Assembly (NCBI GenBank): GCA_965199495.1
Contig: CBDASK010000003.1
Coordinates: 1,952,001 to 2,016,000 of the forward strand
Reading direction: 5' to 3'
Source: Abditibacterium sp.
Lineage (GTDB): Bacteria; Armatimonadota; Abditibacteriia; Abditibacteriales; Abditibacteriaceae
Length of the DNA: 64,000 nt
Below are positions 49,629 through 59,262 of this stretch, in pieces (the stretch's first letter is position 1; each line of letters begins with the position of its first letter). The notes under the pieces are model-generated. The model did not search any database. It was not told the DNA's origin and saw only the letters and a list, made by a program, of their open reading frames with translations. Made by a program: the position numbers and the translations under genes.

Positions 49629-51578
49629 TTATTGATCGGTGCGAAACGGCGAGGCAGGCAAACCGGCGCTGTTATATAAATTGGCGCGCGGGTTGTTCGA
49701 CCAAGCGAAACGCGCGGTCTTGGGAGCAGCCACGTCGGGCGACTTCAGGTAAATCGTGTCACCTTGAACTCTCGGCGTGGCCCAGAAATATTTGCCATCG
49801 GCGCCCGCGACGGCGAATACGCGATTCGCGTCGCCTTTGATGTTCAAGCCGTCGGCGTTGCCGAAAGTCAAGGCCAAATCGCCTCCTCCCCGGACTAAAA
49901 CGCTTTCCAAAGTCGGGCCATCGGCCTGAACGTTTTGGCCGTAGGTATTTTTGAGCGCCTGCAACGCCAGTCGCAAGCCGACATCCTGTTTGTTGGTGGG
50001 ATGAATATCATTTGCGTTGCCGATGTCGGAAATGACGGCGAGGCCGGTATCGGGCACATTCTTGGCGGTCATGGATTGGGCTTCGCGCAAGTAGGCCCAG
50101 GCGTCGTCGCCGGGTTGGTCGTTGGGCGCCATGTAATTGGCGAGTTGCACAATATAAAACGGCATCGGCGCGCCCGTGGCTGCTCCGAAGCGCGCGCGCC
50201 AATCGGTGATTAACGTTGGCAACAGCGTGCGATATTGCGTCGCCCTTCTCTTGTTATCGGCGTTGGTCTCGCCCTGATACCAGATCACGCCCTTGATTTG
50301 GCCCGGAAAAAGCGGCGCAATCATGCCGTTATAAAGCGCGGTCGGCGTGTTTTGATCGGTTTCGCGCGGCAACGGCGGCGCTTCTTGGAGCGACGCGCCC
50401 AGATGATATTTCCAATCGCCATCGAGCGACACCGTTTGCGCGCCGTCCGCCAACGCCGCAGTCATCGTCGAGCGCAAGCCACCGCCGCCGCCGGTATCCA
50501 AAACGCGAATCGCGATGGTATTAACGCCCGCTTTGACCTGCGCGCCCGGAATCGTGTAATTGCGCGCGTTGCCATAGCCACGCGTTTCGCCGACGAGAGT
50601 GCCGTTCCAATAGGTCGCATCGTCGTCGTCAATTTGACCCAGATTCAGTTTCACATCGTGCCCGGCCCAACCGGCGGGCACGTTCACTTCGCGGCGAAAC
50701 CACATCACGCCATCGAAATCGGAATAGCCTTTGTCTTCCCATGCGGCGGGGAGCGCCATCGTTTTCCAATTGGCGTCGTTCCAGGCGGGATTTTTCCAAC
50801 CGCTTTTGGTGCCTTCGTCGCTTTTCCACCAATCGGCGCGCGCTTGTTCCAGTTGCGCCGGGTTATTGGCATTGGCTTGCATCAGCGAAATCGCGCCATC
50901 GAAATCGCCCATCTTTTTGAGGGCGGACGCGCTGACCCACGTTTCTGCGGGCGTCCCGCCCCAATTCGATTCGATGAGACCGATGGGAATTTTCAATTCC
51001 TGATTGAGCTTGCGCCCGAAAAAGTAGCCGACCGCCGAGAAACTGCTGGTGGCTTGCGGCGTGCAAAACTGCCAGTTGGCGTTGAACGTATCAACGGGCG
51101 CGCTTTGAATGTTGTTGGGCACATGCAGCAATCGAATGCCCGGATAATTGGCGGCGGCAGTTTCGGCGGCGGCGTTGTTGACGCCGCTCAAAGCAAATTC
51201 CATGTTCGATTGACCCGAACAAAGCCAGACATCGCCAAACATCAAATTGCTGCGCGTTTGCGTCTGCCCGCCACTGCTGACTTCCAAAGAATATGGCCCG
51301 CCCGCCGGACGTGGCCGTATCGGAACCGACCAACGCCCGTCGTTATCGGCGCGCAAAACGCGCGTGCCGCCGCCAAACTTCACCGTGACATCGGCGTTAG
51401 GTTGCGCCCAACCCCACATCGTGAGCGGGCGGTCGCGCTGCAAAACCGCGTTTTCGGAAAATAGCGGGTGCAGCAAAGGTTTATTGACTTTGGTCATTTC
51501 TTGAGATCGGGCGGGCGCGGGCGCGATTGTCGTTAATAGCGCGGCGCCCAGAGCGCAGGTGAGTAATGTTTTAATCAT
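49629..51578 (-). CDS. Sialate O-acetylesterase-like (SASA) with an inserted sugar-binding domain
   Basis: Signal peptide, GDVWLCSGQSNME, WGGT, WYQGETN, VQLAN and DIHP.NKQDVG.RLA. Confidence 0.9.
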   Translation of the reverse strand: MIKTLLTCALGAALLTTIAPAPARSQEMTKVNKPLLHPLFSENAVLQRDRPLTMWGWAQPNADVTVKFGGGTRVLRADNDGRWSVPIRPRPAGGPYSLEVSSGGQTQTRSNLMFGDVWLCSGQSNMEFALSGVNNAAAETAAANYPGIRLLHVPNNIQSAPVDTFNANWQFCTPQATSSFSAVGYFFGRKLNQELKIPIGLIESNWGGTPAETWVSASALKKMGDFDGAISLMQANANNPAQLEQARADWWKSDEGTKSGWKNPAWNDANWKTMALPAAWEDKGYSDFDGVMWFRREVNVPAGWAGHDVKLNLGQIDDDDATYWNGTLVGETRGYGNARNYTIPGAQVKAGVNTIAIRVLDTGGGGGLRSTMTAALADGAQTVSLDGDWKYHLGASLQEAPPLPRETDQNTPTALYNGMIAPLFPGQIKGVIWYQGETNADNKRRATQYRTLLPTLITDWRARFGAATGAPMPFYIVQLANYMAPNDQPGDDAWAYLREAQSMTAKNVPDTGLAVISDIGNANDIHPTNKQDVGLRLALQALKNTYGQNVQADGPTLESVLVRGGGDLALTFGNADGLNIKGDANRVFAVAGADGKYFWATPRVQGDTIYLKSPDVAAPKTARFAWSNNPRANLYNSAGLPASPFRTDQ

Positions 51579-51604
51579 GGGATTTGAAGGTTGGTATTTC
51601 TCCC

Positions 51605-51698
51605 GTAGAGACCCCGAAATTTCGGGCCTAAAACGTTGAAGTTGCTTCCACGCTGCGGCAGTTGATACGTTTTAGGGCCGACATTTCGGGGTCTCTAT
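51605..51698. repeat. REP doublet (REPIN-like), GTAG type
   Basis: GTAGAGACCCCGAAATTTCGGGCCTAAAACGT plus an imperfect inverted copy. Confidence 0.75.
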
Positions 51699-51714
51699 AA
51701 AAGCAATCGCAAAC

Positions 51715-52116
51715 TTATCTGCGTCCGCGCAATTTCTTAATCGCGCCAATTCCAACCGCCAACGTCCCGACTGCGGCCAAAGCGATGGCGCCCCATTTGG
51801 GAGTGTCGTCGGGATGGTCGCGCAGGTTATCGGCAACGCGTTCGCTGAAACCGCGCACGCCAGCGGCGGCCTGATTGAGCTTGGTTTGCGCGGCGTAACC
51901 CAACGGCTCGATTTTTTCACGGATTTTATCGCTGGCTTCGGCGCGCGCCTTGGTCACCACGCGGCGCGGGTCAATTTTGTCTTGAATCGCGTCAATTGTG
52001 GCGCTCATCGCGTCGCGCGTGGCTTCGATGTCGTCTTTGAGTTGGTCGGTGCTTTCTTTGGACAAATCCCGGTTGGGATCGGTGAGTTCGTTTATTTCAC
52101 TTGGTTTTTCAGCCAT
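51715..52116 (-). CDS. DUF3618-like protein with a C-terminal anchor
   Basis: LKDDIEATRDAMSATIDAIQDKIDP and a C-terminal TM. Confidence 0.75.
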   Translation of the reverse strand: MAEKPSEINELTDPNRDLSKESTDQLKDDIEATRDAMSATIDAIQDKIDPRRVVTKARAEASDKIREKIEPLGYAAQTKLNQAAAGVRGFSERVADNLRDHPDDTPKWGAIALAAVGTLAVGIGAIKKLRGRR

Positions 52117-52511
52117 TGTGCGTCCTCCTTGAGGGTCTCGATGGTTTTCACGGGGACGGGCGGTGTCGCCGATTTGATTTTTTTAATGCCGACGAGGGCG
52201 GCCACTCCGGCGATAATGAGCAGCACAACCGCCACGATGAGCGCCGCCGCCCAGACGGGCAACACCAGCGAAAGAGCCGCCACCGCCGCCGCCAAGATGA
52301 CGAAAAAAGCGGCCAATCCCATCACAGCCGCCACGACGAGCGCGGCGGCTCCGACAGCCAAACCGGCGATTTTGCCGGTGATTTCGGTTTTGGCGAGCTG
52401 GACTTCCTGCCGCACGAGCGCGCTCACTTGCGCGGACAAATCGGCAAATAAGTCGCCCAACGATTTTTGTGGCGTTGGTAATTGCGCCGGGTCTTTAGGT
52501 TCGATTCGCAT
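52092..52511 (-). CDS. Holin-like (Phage_holin_3_6/YhjD-type) membrane protein
   Basis: SLGDL..DL..QVSALVRQEVQLAKTE...P.KTIETLKED. Confidence 0.8.
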   Translation of the reverse strand: MRIEPKDPAQLPTPQKSLGDLFADLSAQVSALVRQEVQLAKTEITGKIAGLAVGAAALVVAAVMGLAAFFVILAAAVAALSLVLPVWAAALIVAVVLLIIAGVAALVGIKKIKSATPPVPVKTIETLKEDAQWLKNQVK

Positions 52512-52670
52512 GAATGATTTCCTTTAATTTTTCGTTCGTCGGGATTATCGAACTCCAATCGCGTGCCAGAACAAAGCCAACGAGCGCGCGTAAATCTCTC
52601 GCGCTAATTTTAGCATCTTTCGCGCGTTAAGCAGAACCGGATAGTGGGTTTGAATGCGTAAACTGAGCGA

Positions 52671-53000
52671 TTGATGAATTCTCACGCAGAAATCAAAACG
52701 CTCTGGGAAGAATTTCAGGCATTACCGTTTCCCAGAGGTTCTAAAACAGAAGATTTAACCGTAGATTTGGCGGGCAATGAGGCTTATTCTGGCGGTTGCA
52801 TCGGCGTGTTTGTCGAAACCGGAAATCTTGACGAGGGGCGTGCGTGGATTTTGAACAATTGCGTTAATGGCTTACGCGAATTAAAAGCACGGTGCACTCC
52901 AGAAGATGATCTTCAAAAAGAATACATCCACAAATTGCTTGCGCTTTCAGAAAAAGTATTGGATGCCATAGATGAAAACGGCAATTGGCTATTACTCTGA
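52671..53000 (+). CDS. Hypothetical protein (AT-richer)
   Basis: 109-aa ORF with TAAACT 6 nt upstream of the start. Confidence 0.6.
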   Translation: MMNSHAEIKTLWEEFQALPFPRGSKTEDLTVDLAGNEAYSGGCIGVFVETGNLDEGRAWILNNCVNGLRELKARCTPEDDLQKEYIHKLLALSEKVLDAIDENGNWLLL

Positions 53001-53101
53001 TTAAACCGACATTCACGTTCAAATAATCCGCACGGTTTGGACGAAACGTTCGCGCGGCGCCAATAGCCACGGCGAGGGCGCGTTATGGTAAAAATTAATT
53101 T

Positions 53102-53677
53102 ATGGATTTACGAGCGTTAATTCAAGCCGAATTAGATCGCGGCGAAAAATTGCTGTGGTTTGGCGCGCCGTTGCCCGCGCGCGTGGCTGATCAAGAAAAA
53201 GGCACGAAAAGCGGTGGCATTGTCGGCGCCTTATTCCTCGTGTTCTGGTTGTGCCTCGTGGGATTCATCGGTTTTGGGAGCGGCAACGGGGGCGCGCCCG
53301 CGTTTTTCAAAGTTTTCATGGGCGTGATGTTCCTGTTTGGCGTGGCCATGTTGATTTACGTTCTGAGTTTGACTGGCGCGCCCGCCAAAGCTGCCGCCAA
53401 AGCGCAGAATACGGTTTACGCCGTGACCGACAAACGTTTGATCGTTTTGGTTGCCGGACAAGGCGCGCGTTCTTTCACGCCGCGCGACATCGAGCGCGTC
53501 GAGCGGCGCGATACGCCCGATGGACGCGGCGATGTGCTGTTCGCCCGTGAGCGCGAAGAGGGTTATATGGATAGCAACCATCACCATCACGAGCGCTGGA
53601 AAGATTTGGGCTTTTTTGGCATCGAGAACGCGCGCGAAGTCGAACGGTTGATTCGCACTGAGTTATTGAAATCGTGA
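53102..53677 (+). CDS. 2-TM plus PH-like membrane protein
   Basis: GEKLLW.G.P, TVYAVTDKRL, DG.GD and GF.GI.NAREVE. Confidence 0.75.
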   Translation: MDLRALIQAELDRGEKLLWFGAPLPARVADQEKGTKSGGIVGALFLVFWLCLVGFIGFGSGNGGAPAFFKVFMGVMFLFGVAMLIYVLSLTGAPAKAAAKAQNTVYAVTDKRLIVLVAGQGARSFTPRDIERVERRDTPDGRGDVLFAREREEGYMDSNHHHHERWKDLGFFGIENAREVERLIRTELLKS

Positions 53678-53822
53678 CGTTTGTGCCGCGCGTCAACCGG
53701 AACTTTGCGGCGTCCCTTGCGTTGGTTTATTCGACTCGTTAAAATGCGAGAGCCTTTGCAAAAGCGGGGGCACGACAGGGCCGACGGAGTTAAGCCGTCA
53801 GCGGCCAAGGAAAAACACTCAC

Positions 53823-54224
53823 ATGATTATCATTACCGACCGCGCTGCCACCGAAGTGAAAGGACTTTTGGAGCGCCAGGAAAAACCCGACGCGATGTTG
53901 CGCGTTTTTGTCTCCGGCGGCGGTTGCTCCGGCTTTCAATACGGCATGACCCTCGAAGAAGAGGGCATGGAAGGCGACGAGAACTTTGATGTCAACGGCG
54001 TCAAAGTCATCATTGACCCACGCTCAGCGCAATATTTGGAAGGCGCCAACATTGATTTCGTGGACAACCTGATGGGCGGCGGTTTTAAAATCGACAATCC
54101 CAACGCCAAATCGAGCTGCGGTTGCGGCCATTCGTTCACACCCAAAGATGGCGAAGAAGGCGACATGGAACCGGCGGCTGCCGGAAGCGGTTGCGGTTCG
54201 TGTTCGTCGGGCGGCGGATTCTAA
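53823..54224 (+). CDS. erpA: A-type Fe-S carrier (ErpA/IscA/HesB family)
   Basis: GGGCSGFQY and NPNAKSSCGCGHSF. Confidence 0.9.
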   Translation: MIIITDRAATEVKGLLERQEKPDAMLRVFVSGGGCSGFQYGMTLEEEGMEGDENFDVNGVKVIIDPRSAQYLEGANIDFVDNLMGGGFKIDNPNAKSSCGCGHSFTPKDGEEGDMEPAAAGSGCGSCSSGGGF

Positions 54225-54230
54225 TTTAAA

Positions 54231-54325
54231 GGGACAAGTGACAAGGAGCAGGGAACAAGGGAAATGCGGCGCGATATTTTGTGGCGCTGCTTTCTCCTTG
54301 TTCCCTGCTCCTTGTCACTTGTCCC
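54231..54325. repeat. Heptamer-periodic perfect 30-bp inverted repeat
   Basis: GGGACAA GTGACAA GGAGCAG GGAACAA GG, with its reverse complement at 54296-54325. Confidence 0.85.
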
Positions 54326-54334
54326 ACTTGATTT

Positions 54335-55165
54335 ATGAAATTAGGCGCTCATCTTCCCACATCCAAAGGTTTCTCCGCCGCGCTCAAACAAGCGCAGGAA
54401 CTCAATCTCGATTGTCTGCAACTCTTCTCCAAAACGCCGCGCCAATGGAAAGCCAAGCCGCTCGATCCCGAATTGATGGCGCAGTGGCGTTTAGAGTGGG
54501 CCGCTTCGGGTTTGGGGCCGCTCGTGATTCACGATTCGTATTTAATTAACTTGGCCGCGCCCGTGGCTGATACGTTGGAGAAATCGGTCGCCGCGATGAT
54601 TGACGAAATCGAGCGCGCCGAGCAGATGAATTGCGATTATTTGGTCACGCATTGCGGGGCGCATCTGGGTTCGGGCGAGGACGCGGGCGTCGAACAATTG
54701 GCGAGTTCGCTGATGCAATGTCTGGAGAAAACCGCCGAGGCGAAAGTTAAAATCGCGCTCGAAATCACGGCGGGACAAGGCACCTGTCTGGGCGGGCCGT
54801 TCGAGCATATCGGCGCGGTTTTGAAATCTTTGGAAAGCGACCGTCTGGCGGTTTGTTTCGATACCTGCCACGCATGGGCGGCGGGCCACGATTTAGTCAA
54901 TAATCTCGACGGCGTGATGCGCGATTTCGATGAGCAAATCGGCTTCGAGAATTTGGCGGTTATTCATCTCAACGATTCCAAAGGCAAATTGGGCAGCCAT
55001 CTGGATCGACACGATCATTTGGGCGAAGGCGAATTGGGCGAAGCCGCGTTGCGCGCGTTTATCAATTATCCGAAATTGAAAGATTTGCCGTTCATTCTGG
55101 AAACGCCCGAAACCGAAGAACGCATTGCCGACAATGTAGCCACGGCGCGTCGGTTGGCGAATTGA
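54335..55165 (+). CDS. nfo: Endonuclease IV
   Basis: LGAH, H.SYLINL, H.G, E.TAGQG, CFDTCH, HLNDSK, DRH and LETP. Confidence 0.96.
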   Translation: MKLGAHLPTSKGFSAALKQAQELNLDCLQLFSKTPRQWKAKPLDPELMAQWRLEWAASGLGPLVIHDSYLINLAAPVADTLEKSVAAMIDEIERAEQMNCDYLVTHCGAHLGSGEDAGVEQLASSLMQCLEKTAEAKVKIALEITAGQGTCLGGPFEHIGAVLKSLESDRLAVCFDTCHAWAAGHDLVNNLDGVMRDFDEQIGFENLAVIHLNDSKGKLGSHLDRHDHLGEGELGEAALRAFINYPKLKDLPFILETPETEERIADNVATARRLAN

Positions 55166-55192
55166 TATTGGTCTTTGGAAGGGCCGCAGCAT

Positions 55193-55228
55193 AAAAAGTG
55201 TTGGCGAATGGTTCGCCAACACTTTTTT
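55193..55228. terminator. Bidirectional terminator between nfo and recN
   Basis: AAAAAGTGTTGGCGAA-TGG-TTCGCCAACACTTTTTT. Confidence 0.85.
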
Positions 55229-55230
55229 GT

Positions 55231-56937
55231 TCACTTTTTCCCGCGCTTTTTCGCCGTCGAAACGCCCGCGTCTTTGAGCAGCGTCTTCGCGTGTTCCAAG
55301 TTCGCGCGACTTTCGCTGCCCATCATGCGCGCCAATTCCTCGACGCGCGCGGGGCCGTCGAGCGGCGTCACGTCCACAGTGGTCGCTTCGTCGCCCGCCG
55401 CTTTGACGACGCGAAAATGATGGTCGGCGCGCTTGGCGATTTGCGGCAGGTGCGTGATACAAAAAACCTGATGATACTTGGCGATGTGGCTCATCTTTTC
55501 GCCGACTTTCTCGGCAGTTAAACCACCGATGCCGGTGTCAATTTCGTCGAAAATTACAATCGGCACGCGATGTTCGGCTTCGGTATCGCGCAAAACCGAG
55601 CGTAAACCGAGCATCACGCGCGAAATTTCGCCGCCCGACGCGATTTTGGCGAGCGGACGAAGCGGCTGGCCGGGGTTGGCCGAAAGCAGAAATTCGACGC
55701 GGTCAATGCCGTCGGACGCGGCTTTTTCCAATTTTTCAAAACCAATTTCAAAACGCGCTTTTTCCATCGCCAAGCCGGAAAGTTGCTCGACGACTTCGCT
55801 CGAAAACTGCGTCGCCAACTTTTTGCGGTCGTCCGACAATCGGTTCGCCAATTCGTAATATTCACTTTTGCGCGCGGCGGCTTCGGCTTTGAGTTCGGCG
55901 ATCTGTTCGTCGCTCAAGTTTAATTCACCGATTTCGGTTTCGATTTGCGCGCGATATTCCAACACTTCCGAAACCGTCGCGCCGTATTTGCGCTTGAGAC
56001 GATTGATTTTGTGCAGTCTCGATTCGATCTGTTCCAAGCGCGCCGGGTCGGCGTCCAAGGTTTCGGCGTAAGCGCGCGCGGATTCGGCGGTGTCTTCTAA
56101 ATCCAAAATCGCGCTTTGCATGCGCTCCACCCATTCGGCGATGCTGGCATCGGTCGCCTCAATTTCGCGCGCGGCTTTCAAGCCTTGGCGCGCCAAACCT
56201 AAGGCACCCAACTCTTCGTCGCCCCACAAGCTGCCGACGCACAGCGCAGCGCTCAAGCGTAAACCTTCGGAGTTGAGCAGGCGCGCGCGTTCTTCGGCGA
56301 TCTCTTCGTCTTCGTCGGGTGTAAGTTTGGCTTTGTCTATTTCCGCCGCCTGATCTTGCAGCGTATCCAAACGTTGCACGCGCGCCTGTTCGTTGCGCGA
56401 AAGTTCGGCGACCGCGCGTGCAGCCACGCGCCATTGCTTATGGGCATCTCGCACTTGATCTTTGAGTTCGCCGTGGCTGCTGTCGCCGAACTCGTCCAAA
56501 AACAGCAGATGCGCGTCGGGCGACAATAACATTTGGTTCTCGTGTTGGCCATGCAAATCCACCAGAAAACTGCCCAACTCGCGCAGGCCCGTCGCCGTGG
56601 CTAAACGTCCGTTGAGTCGCACGCGCGAACGGCCCGACGATTCAACTTCGCGCGCCACGATGAGCGCGTCATCGTCAACGGGAAAGCCGTGTTCTTCGAG
56701 CCAGTGCCGCGCGCGCGGCGCGTTGGTCAAATCGAAGGCGCCTTCGACAATGGCGCGGCCTTGCACGTTGCCGACCTGTTCGGCGGCGGCGCGCTCGCCC
56801 AGCAAAAGTCCCAGCGCCTGAATCAGGATAGACTTGCCCGCGCCGGTCTCGCCGGTTAATGTGTTGAAGCCCGCGCCGGGCGCGATTTCGGCCCGTTCGA
56901 TTAAAGCAAAATTCGAGATGCGAAGTTCGAGAAGCAC
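55231..56937 (-). CDS. recN: DNA repair protein RecN
   Basis: L.I.NFALI, TGETGAGKS, HGQHE, ASGGE.SR, FDEIDTG and ITHLPQIA; GTG start at 56937. Confidence 0.96.
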   Translation of the reverse strand: MLLELRISNFALIERAEIAPGAGFNTLTGETGAGKSILIQALGLLLGERAAAEQVGNVQGRAIVEGAFDLTNAPRARHWLEEHGFPVDDDALIVAREVESSGRSRVRLNGRLATATGLRELGSFLVDLHGQHENQMLLSPDAHLLFLDEFGDSSHGELKDQVRDAHKQWRVAARAVAELSRNEQARVQRLDTLQDQAAEIDKAKLTPDEDEEIAEERARLLNSEGLRLSAALCVGSLWGDEELGALGLARQGLKAAREIEATDASIAEWVERMQSAILDLEDTAESARAYAETLDADPARLEQIESRLHKINRLKRKYGATVSEVLEYRAQIETEIGELNLSDEQIAELKAEAAARKSEYYELANRLSDDRKKLATQFSSEVVEQLSGLAMEKARFEIGFEKLEKAASDGIDRVEFLLSANPGQPLRPLAKIASGGEISRVMLGLRSVLRDTEAEHRVPIVIFDEIDTGIGGLTAEKVGEKMSHIAKYHQVFCITHLPQIAKRADHHFRVVKAAGDEATTVDVTPLDGPARVEELARMMGSESRANLEHAKTLLKDAGVSTAKKRGKK

Positions 56938-56980
56938 GATCTTAGTTTCGCTAATTTGAAGCCACTGAAACGAAAATTTT

Positions 56981-57097
56981 TTAGCCACAAAGAACACAAG
57001 GGGGCACAAAGAGGGAGCAGAACTATTTTTATATTTTTGCTTTTACAAATTAATTTCTTGGCCCTTCTTTGTGCCTCTTTGTGTTCTTTGTGGCTAA
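56981..57097. repeat. CACAAAG-unit inverted element
   Basis: TTAGCCACAAAGAACACAAGGGGGCACAAAG...CTTTGTGCCTCTTTGTGTTCTTTGTGGCTAA. Confidence 0.8.
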
Positions 57098-57543
57098 TTT
57101 TCAAACGCCGCGCGCACATCGTCAATAAAGCGGCTCCAAACCGCGTCGGGCGAACGGATTTGCAGCATACGCGCGCGGGCGAGGCTTTCGTCTTCGCCTT
57201 CGACGAGCGTGCGATACAAATAAACCAACGCCGAAACGCGCACGTTGGCGGCGCAGTGAACCAAAATCGTGCGGCCCTGATGCGCGTTCATTACGCCCGC
57301 GAAACTGAGAAAATCCGAGACCAACGGTTGCCCAAAGATAATCGGCAAATGCGCGTAAATCATGCCGTTTTCCATGACCAATTGCGCTTCATTGGCCAGA
57401 TAACCGTGCGCGCCGGGCGGCGCCGTATTAATCACGACTTGCACGCCCGACTGCGCAATGGACGCGAAATCGGCGGGCGCGGGTTGGCCCGCCGTCAATA
57501 AGCGCGGCGAAACCTGTAAAAATGCGGGCAGATGTTCGAGCAT
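57094..57543 (-). CDS. Protein-tyrosine-phosphatase-like / DUF442 protein
   Basis: TAGQP, VIN, Y.HLP and VHCAANVR (CX5R-like). Confidence 0.8.
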   Translation of the reverse strand: MLEHLPAFLQVSPRLLTAGQPAPADFASIAQSGVQVVINTAPPGAHGYLANEAQLVMENGMIYAHLPIIFGQPLVSDFLSFAGVMNAHQGRTILVHCAANVRVSALVYLYRTLVEGEDESLARARMLQIRSPDAVWSRFIDDVRAAFEN

Positions 57544-57560
57544 ACCCGGAAGTTTAATCG

Positions 57561-59261
57561 CTAATTTTCGTCGTTGACGCGGTAAACCTCGCGTTCGATG
57601 AAAATGCGCAGCGCGTCCGCGTCGAGTTTGCCCAGCGCGGCTTCCTGACTCAGGATGCGCAGCGCCAGTTCGGGCGGCAAAGCGCGTTTGTAGGGACGGT
57701 CGGCGGCGGTGAGGGCGTCGTAAACGTCGGCGATGCCCATGAGTTTGGCGCCGAAGGGAATCTCGCTCAAAGCCAAGCCTTGCGGATAGCCCGAACCGTC
57801 CAAACGCTCGTGATGCGAGCGCGCAATGCTTGGCACATTGCTGAGAGTGGATGTCCACGGGATTTGCTTGAGAAATTCGTAGGACATCTGCGCGTGCTGC
57901 TGAATCTGGCGAAACTCGACGGGCGTGAGCGTGCCGCGCACCACGCGCAACGCGTCGGCTTCGGTTTCGGTCAGCAGAGGCCGTGATTGGCCGCGCGCAT
58001 CCAGATAACACATCTCGGTCAGGCGCGAGATGCCCGCGCGCGCGGCGGCCCAGGTTTCGTCCGAATACGGCTCCTGCATTGGATCGTTGATGATCTCAAT
58101 CGCCTCGAAATCGGCGCGCAGACGAGCGATGCGCTCCTCCATCGCCAGTTGGTAGACCTCGTGGCTGGTGCTGGCGTCGGGGGCACCGCTATGCCACAAC
58201 TGCAACTGCTGACGCACGCAATCGGCCTCCCACTGGCGTTGCAAAATCAGCACGCGCGCCTCGATTTCGGCGAACTCAGTGAACGTGATTTTATGACTTT
58301 TGGTCAAAACCGCCTCGCGCACGCCGATTTTGCCGAAGTCGTGTAACAGACACGCATAACGCAACTCGCGCATTTGCAATGGGGTCACTTCGCATTGAGC
58401 GAGTGGGCCAGCGTTGGCTTCGTTGATGGCCTGCGCCAACGCCAACGTCAAATTGGTCACGCGTTTCGAGTGGCCCGAAGTGGTCGGGTCGCGACTTTCA
58501 ATGGCGCTCGAAGCGGCTTCGACCAAGGCTTCAAACAGGCTTTCGATTTCGCGCAGCAGCAGATTGTTATTCAGAGCCACCGCCGCCTGCGAAGCCAGCG
58601 TCGCGGCCAGATCGGTCATCTCTTCGTCGAAACCCAGCACTTCGCGCTCGACGATTGCGGGCGTCGTCAGGCGCGTTTGGTGATTTTGCTTGCGGTTGAT
58701 AAGCTGCAAAACGCCGATGGTTTCGCCGACGTGGTTTTTTAGCGGCACGACCAAAACTGACTTGGTGCGATAATTATGCTCCTGATCGAAACGTGGATTG
58801 AAGCGAAACGGCATTGCGTCCGGCAACTGATAAACGTCGTCAAAGCGCAAAATCTCGCCAGAAAAAGCGGCGTAACCGGCCAGACTGTTAGCGCCCACCA
58901 CAAATGTCATATTGTCGGTATCAACCGTAATCGAATCGTTCTGAGAGGCGCGAAAAAACAGGTTTTTGCTGCCATTTTCGGCGGTCTCCACAATGTAAAG
59001 CGAGCCGCCATCCGAGGCCGTCAAATCGCGCGCGGCGGTTAGAATCATCCGCAGCAACAAGTGAATATCGCGTTCGGCGGACAGCGCCAGACCGATCTCC
59101 GAAAGATGGCGCAGACGCCGCGCCGCGACCGAAACCTCGCTGTTATCGCCCAACGCCGCCGAAACCTGCGGCGCGCTCAGCGGCGACAACGCCATCGGAA
59201 CGATGCCAGCGCCAACCGAAAGATCGGATGACAAAGTTGGAGTTCGCCGAGAGTTATTCAT
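57561..59261 (-). CDS. GAF plus HD-GYP phosphodiesterase
   Basis: GAF domain (DGGSLY...Y.TKS.L.VPL), T.GHS.RV, LHDFGK, HHERLDGSGYP and ADVYDALT. Confidence 0.92.
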   Translation of the reverse strand: MNNSRRTPTLSSDLSVGAGIVPMALSPLSAPQVSAALGDNSEVSVAARRLRHLSEIGLALSAERDIHLLLRMILTAARDLTASDGGSLYIVETAENGSKNLFFRASQNDSITVDTDNMTFVVGANSLAGYAAFSGEILRFDDVYQLPDAMPFRFNPRFDQEHNYRTKSVLVVPLKNHVGETIGVLQLINRKQNHQTRLTTPAIVEREVLGFDEEMTDLAATLASQAAVALNNNLLLREIESLFEALVEAASSAIESRDPTTSGHSKRVTNLTLALAQAINEANAGPLAQCEVTPLQMRELRYACLLHDFGKIGVREAVLTKSHKITFTEFAEIEARVLILQRQWEADCVRQQLQLWHSGAPDASTSHEVYQLAMEERIARLRADFEAIEIINDPMQEPYSDETWAAARAGISRLTEMCYLDARGQSRPLLTETEADALRVVRGTLTPVEFRQIQQHAQMSYEFLKQIPWTSTLSNVPSIARSHHERLDGSGYPQGLALSEIPFGAKLMGIADVYDALTAADRPYKRALPPELALRILSQEAALGKLDADALRIFIEREVYRVNDEN

Positions 59262-59262
59262 C

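Noticed and set aside
51715..52511. Holin-like gene as evidence of a prophage
   Set aside because: The holin-like/DUF3618 pair is a common chromosomal module, and there are no phage genes nearby.
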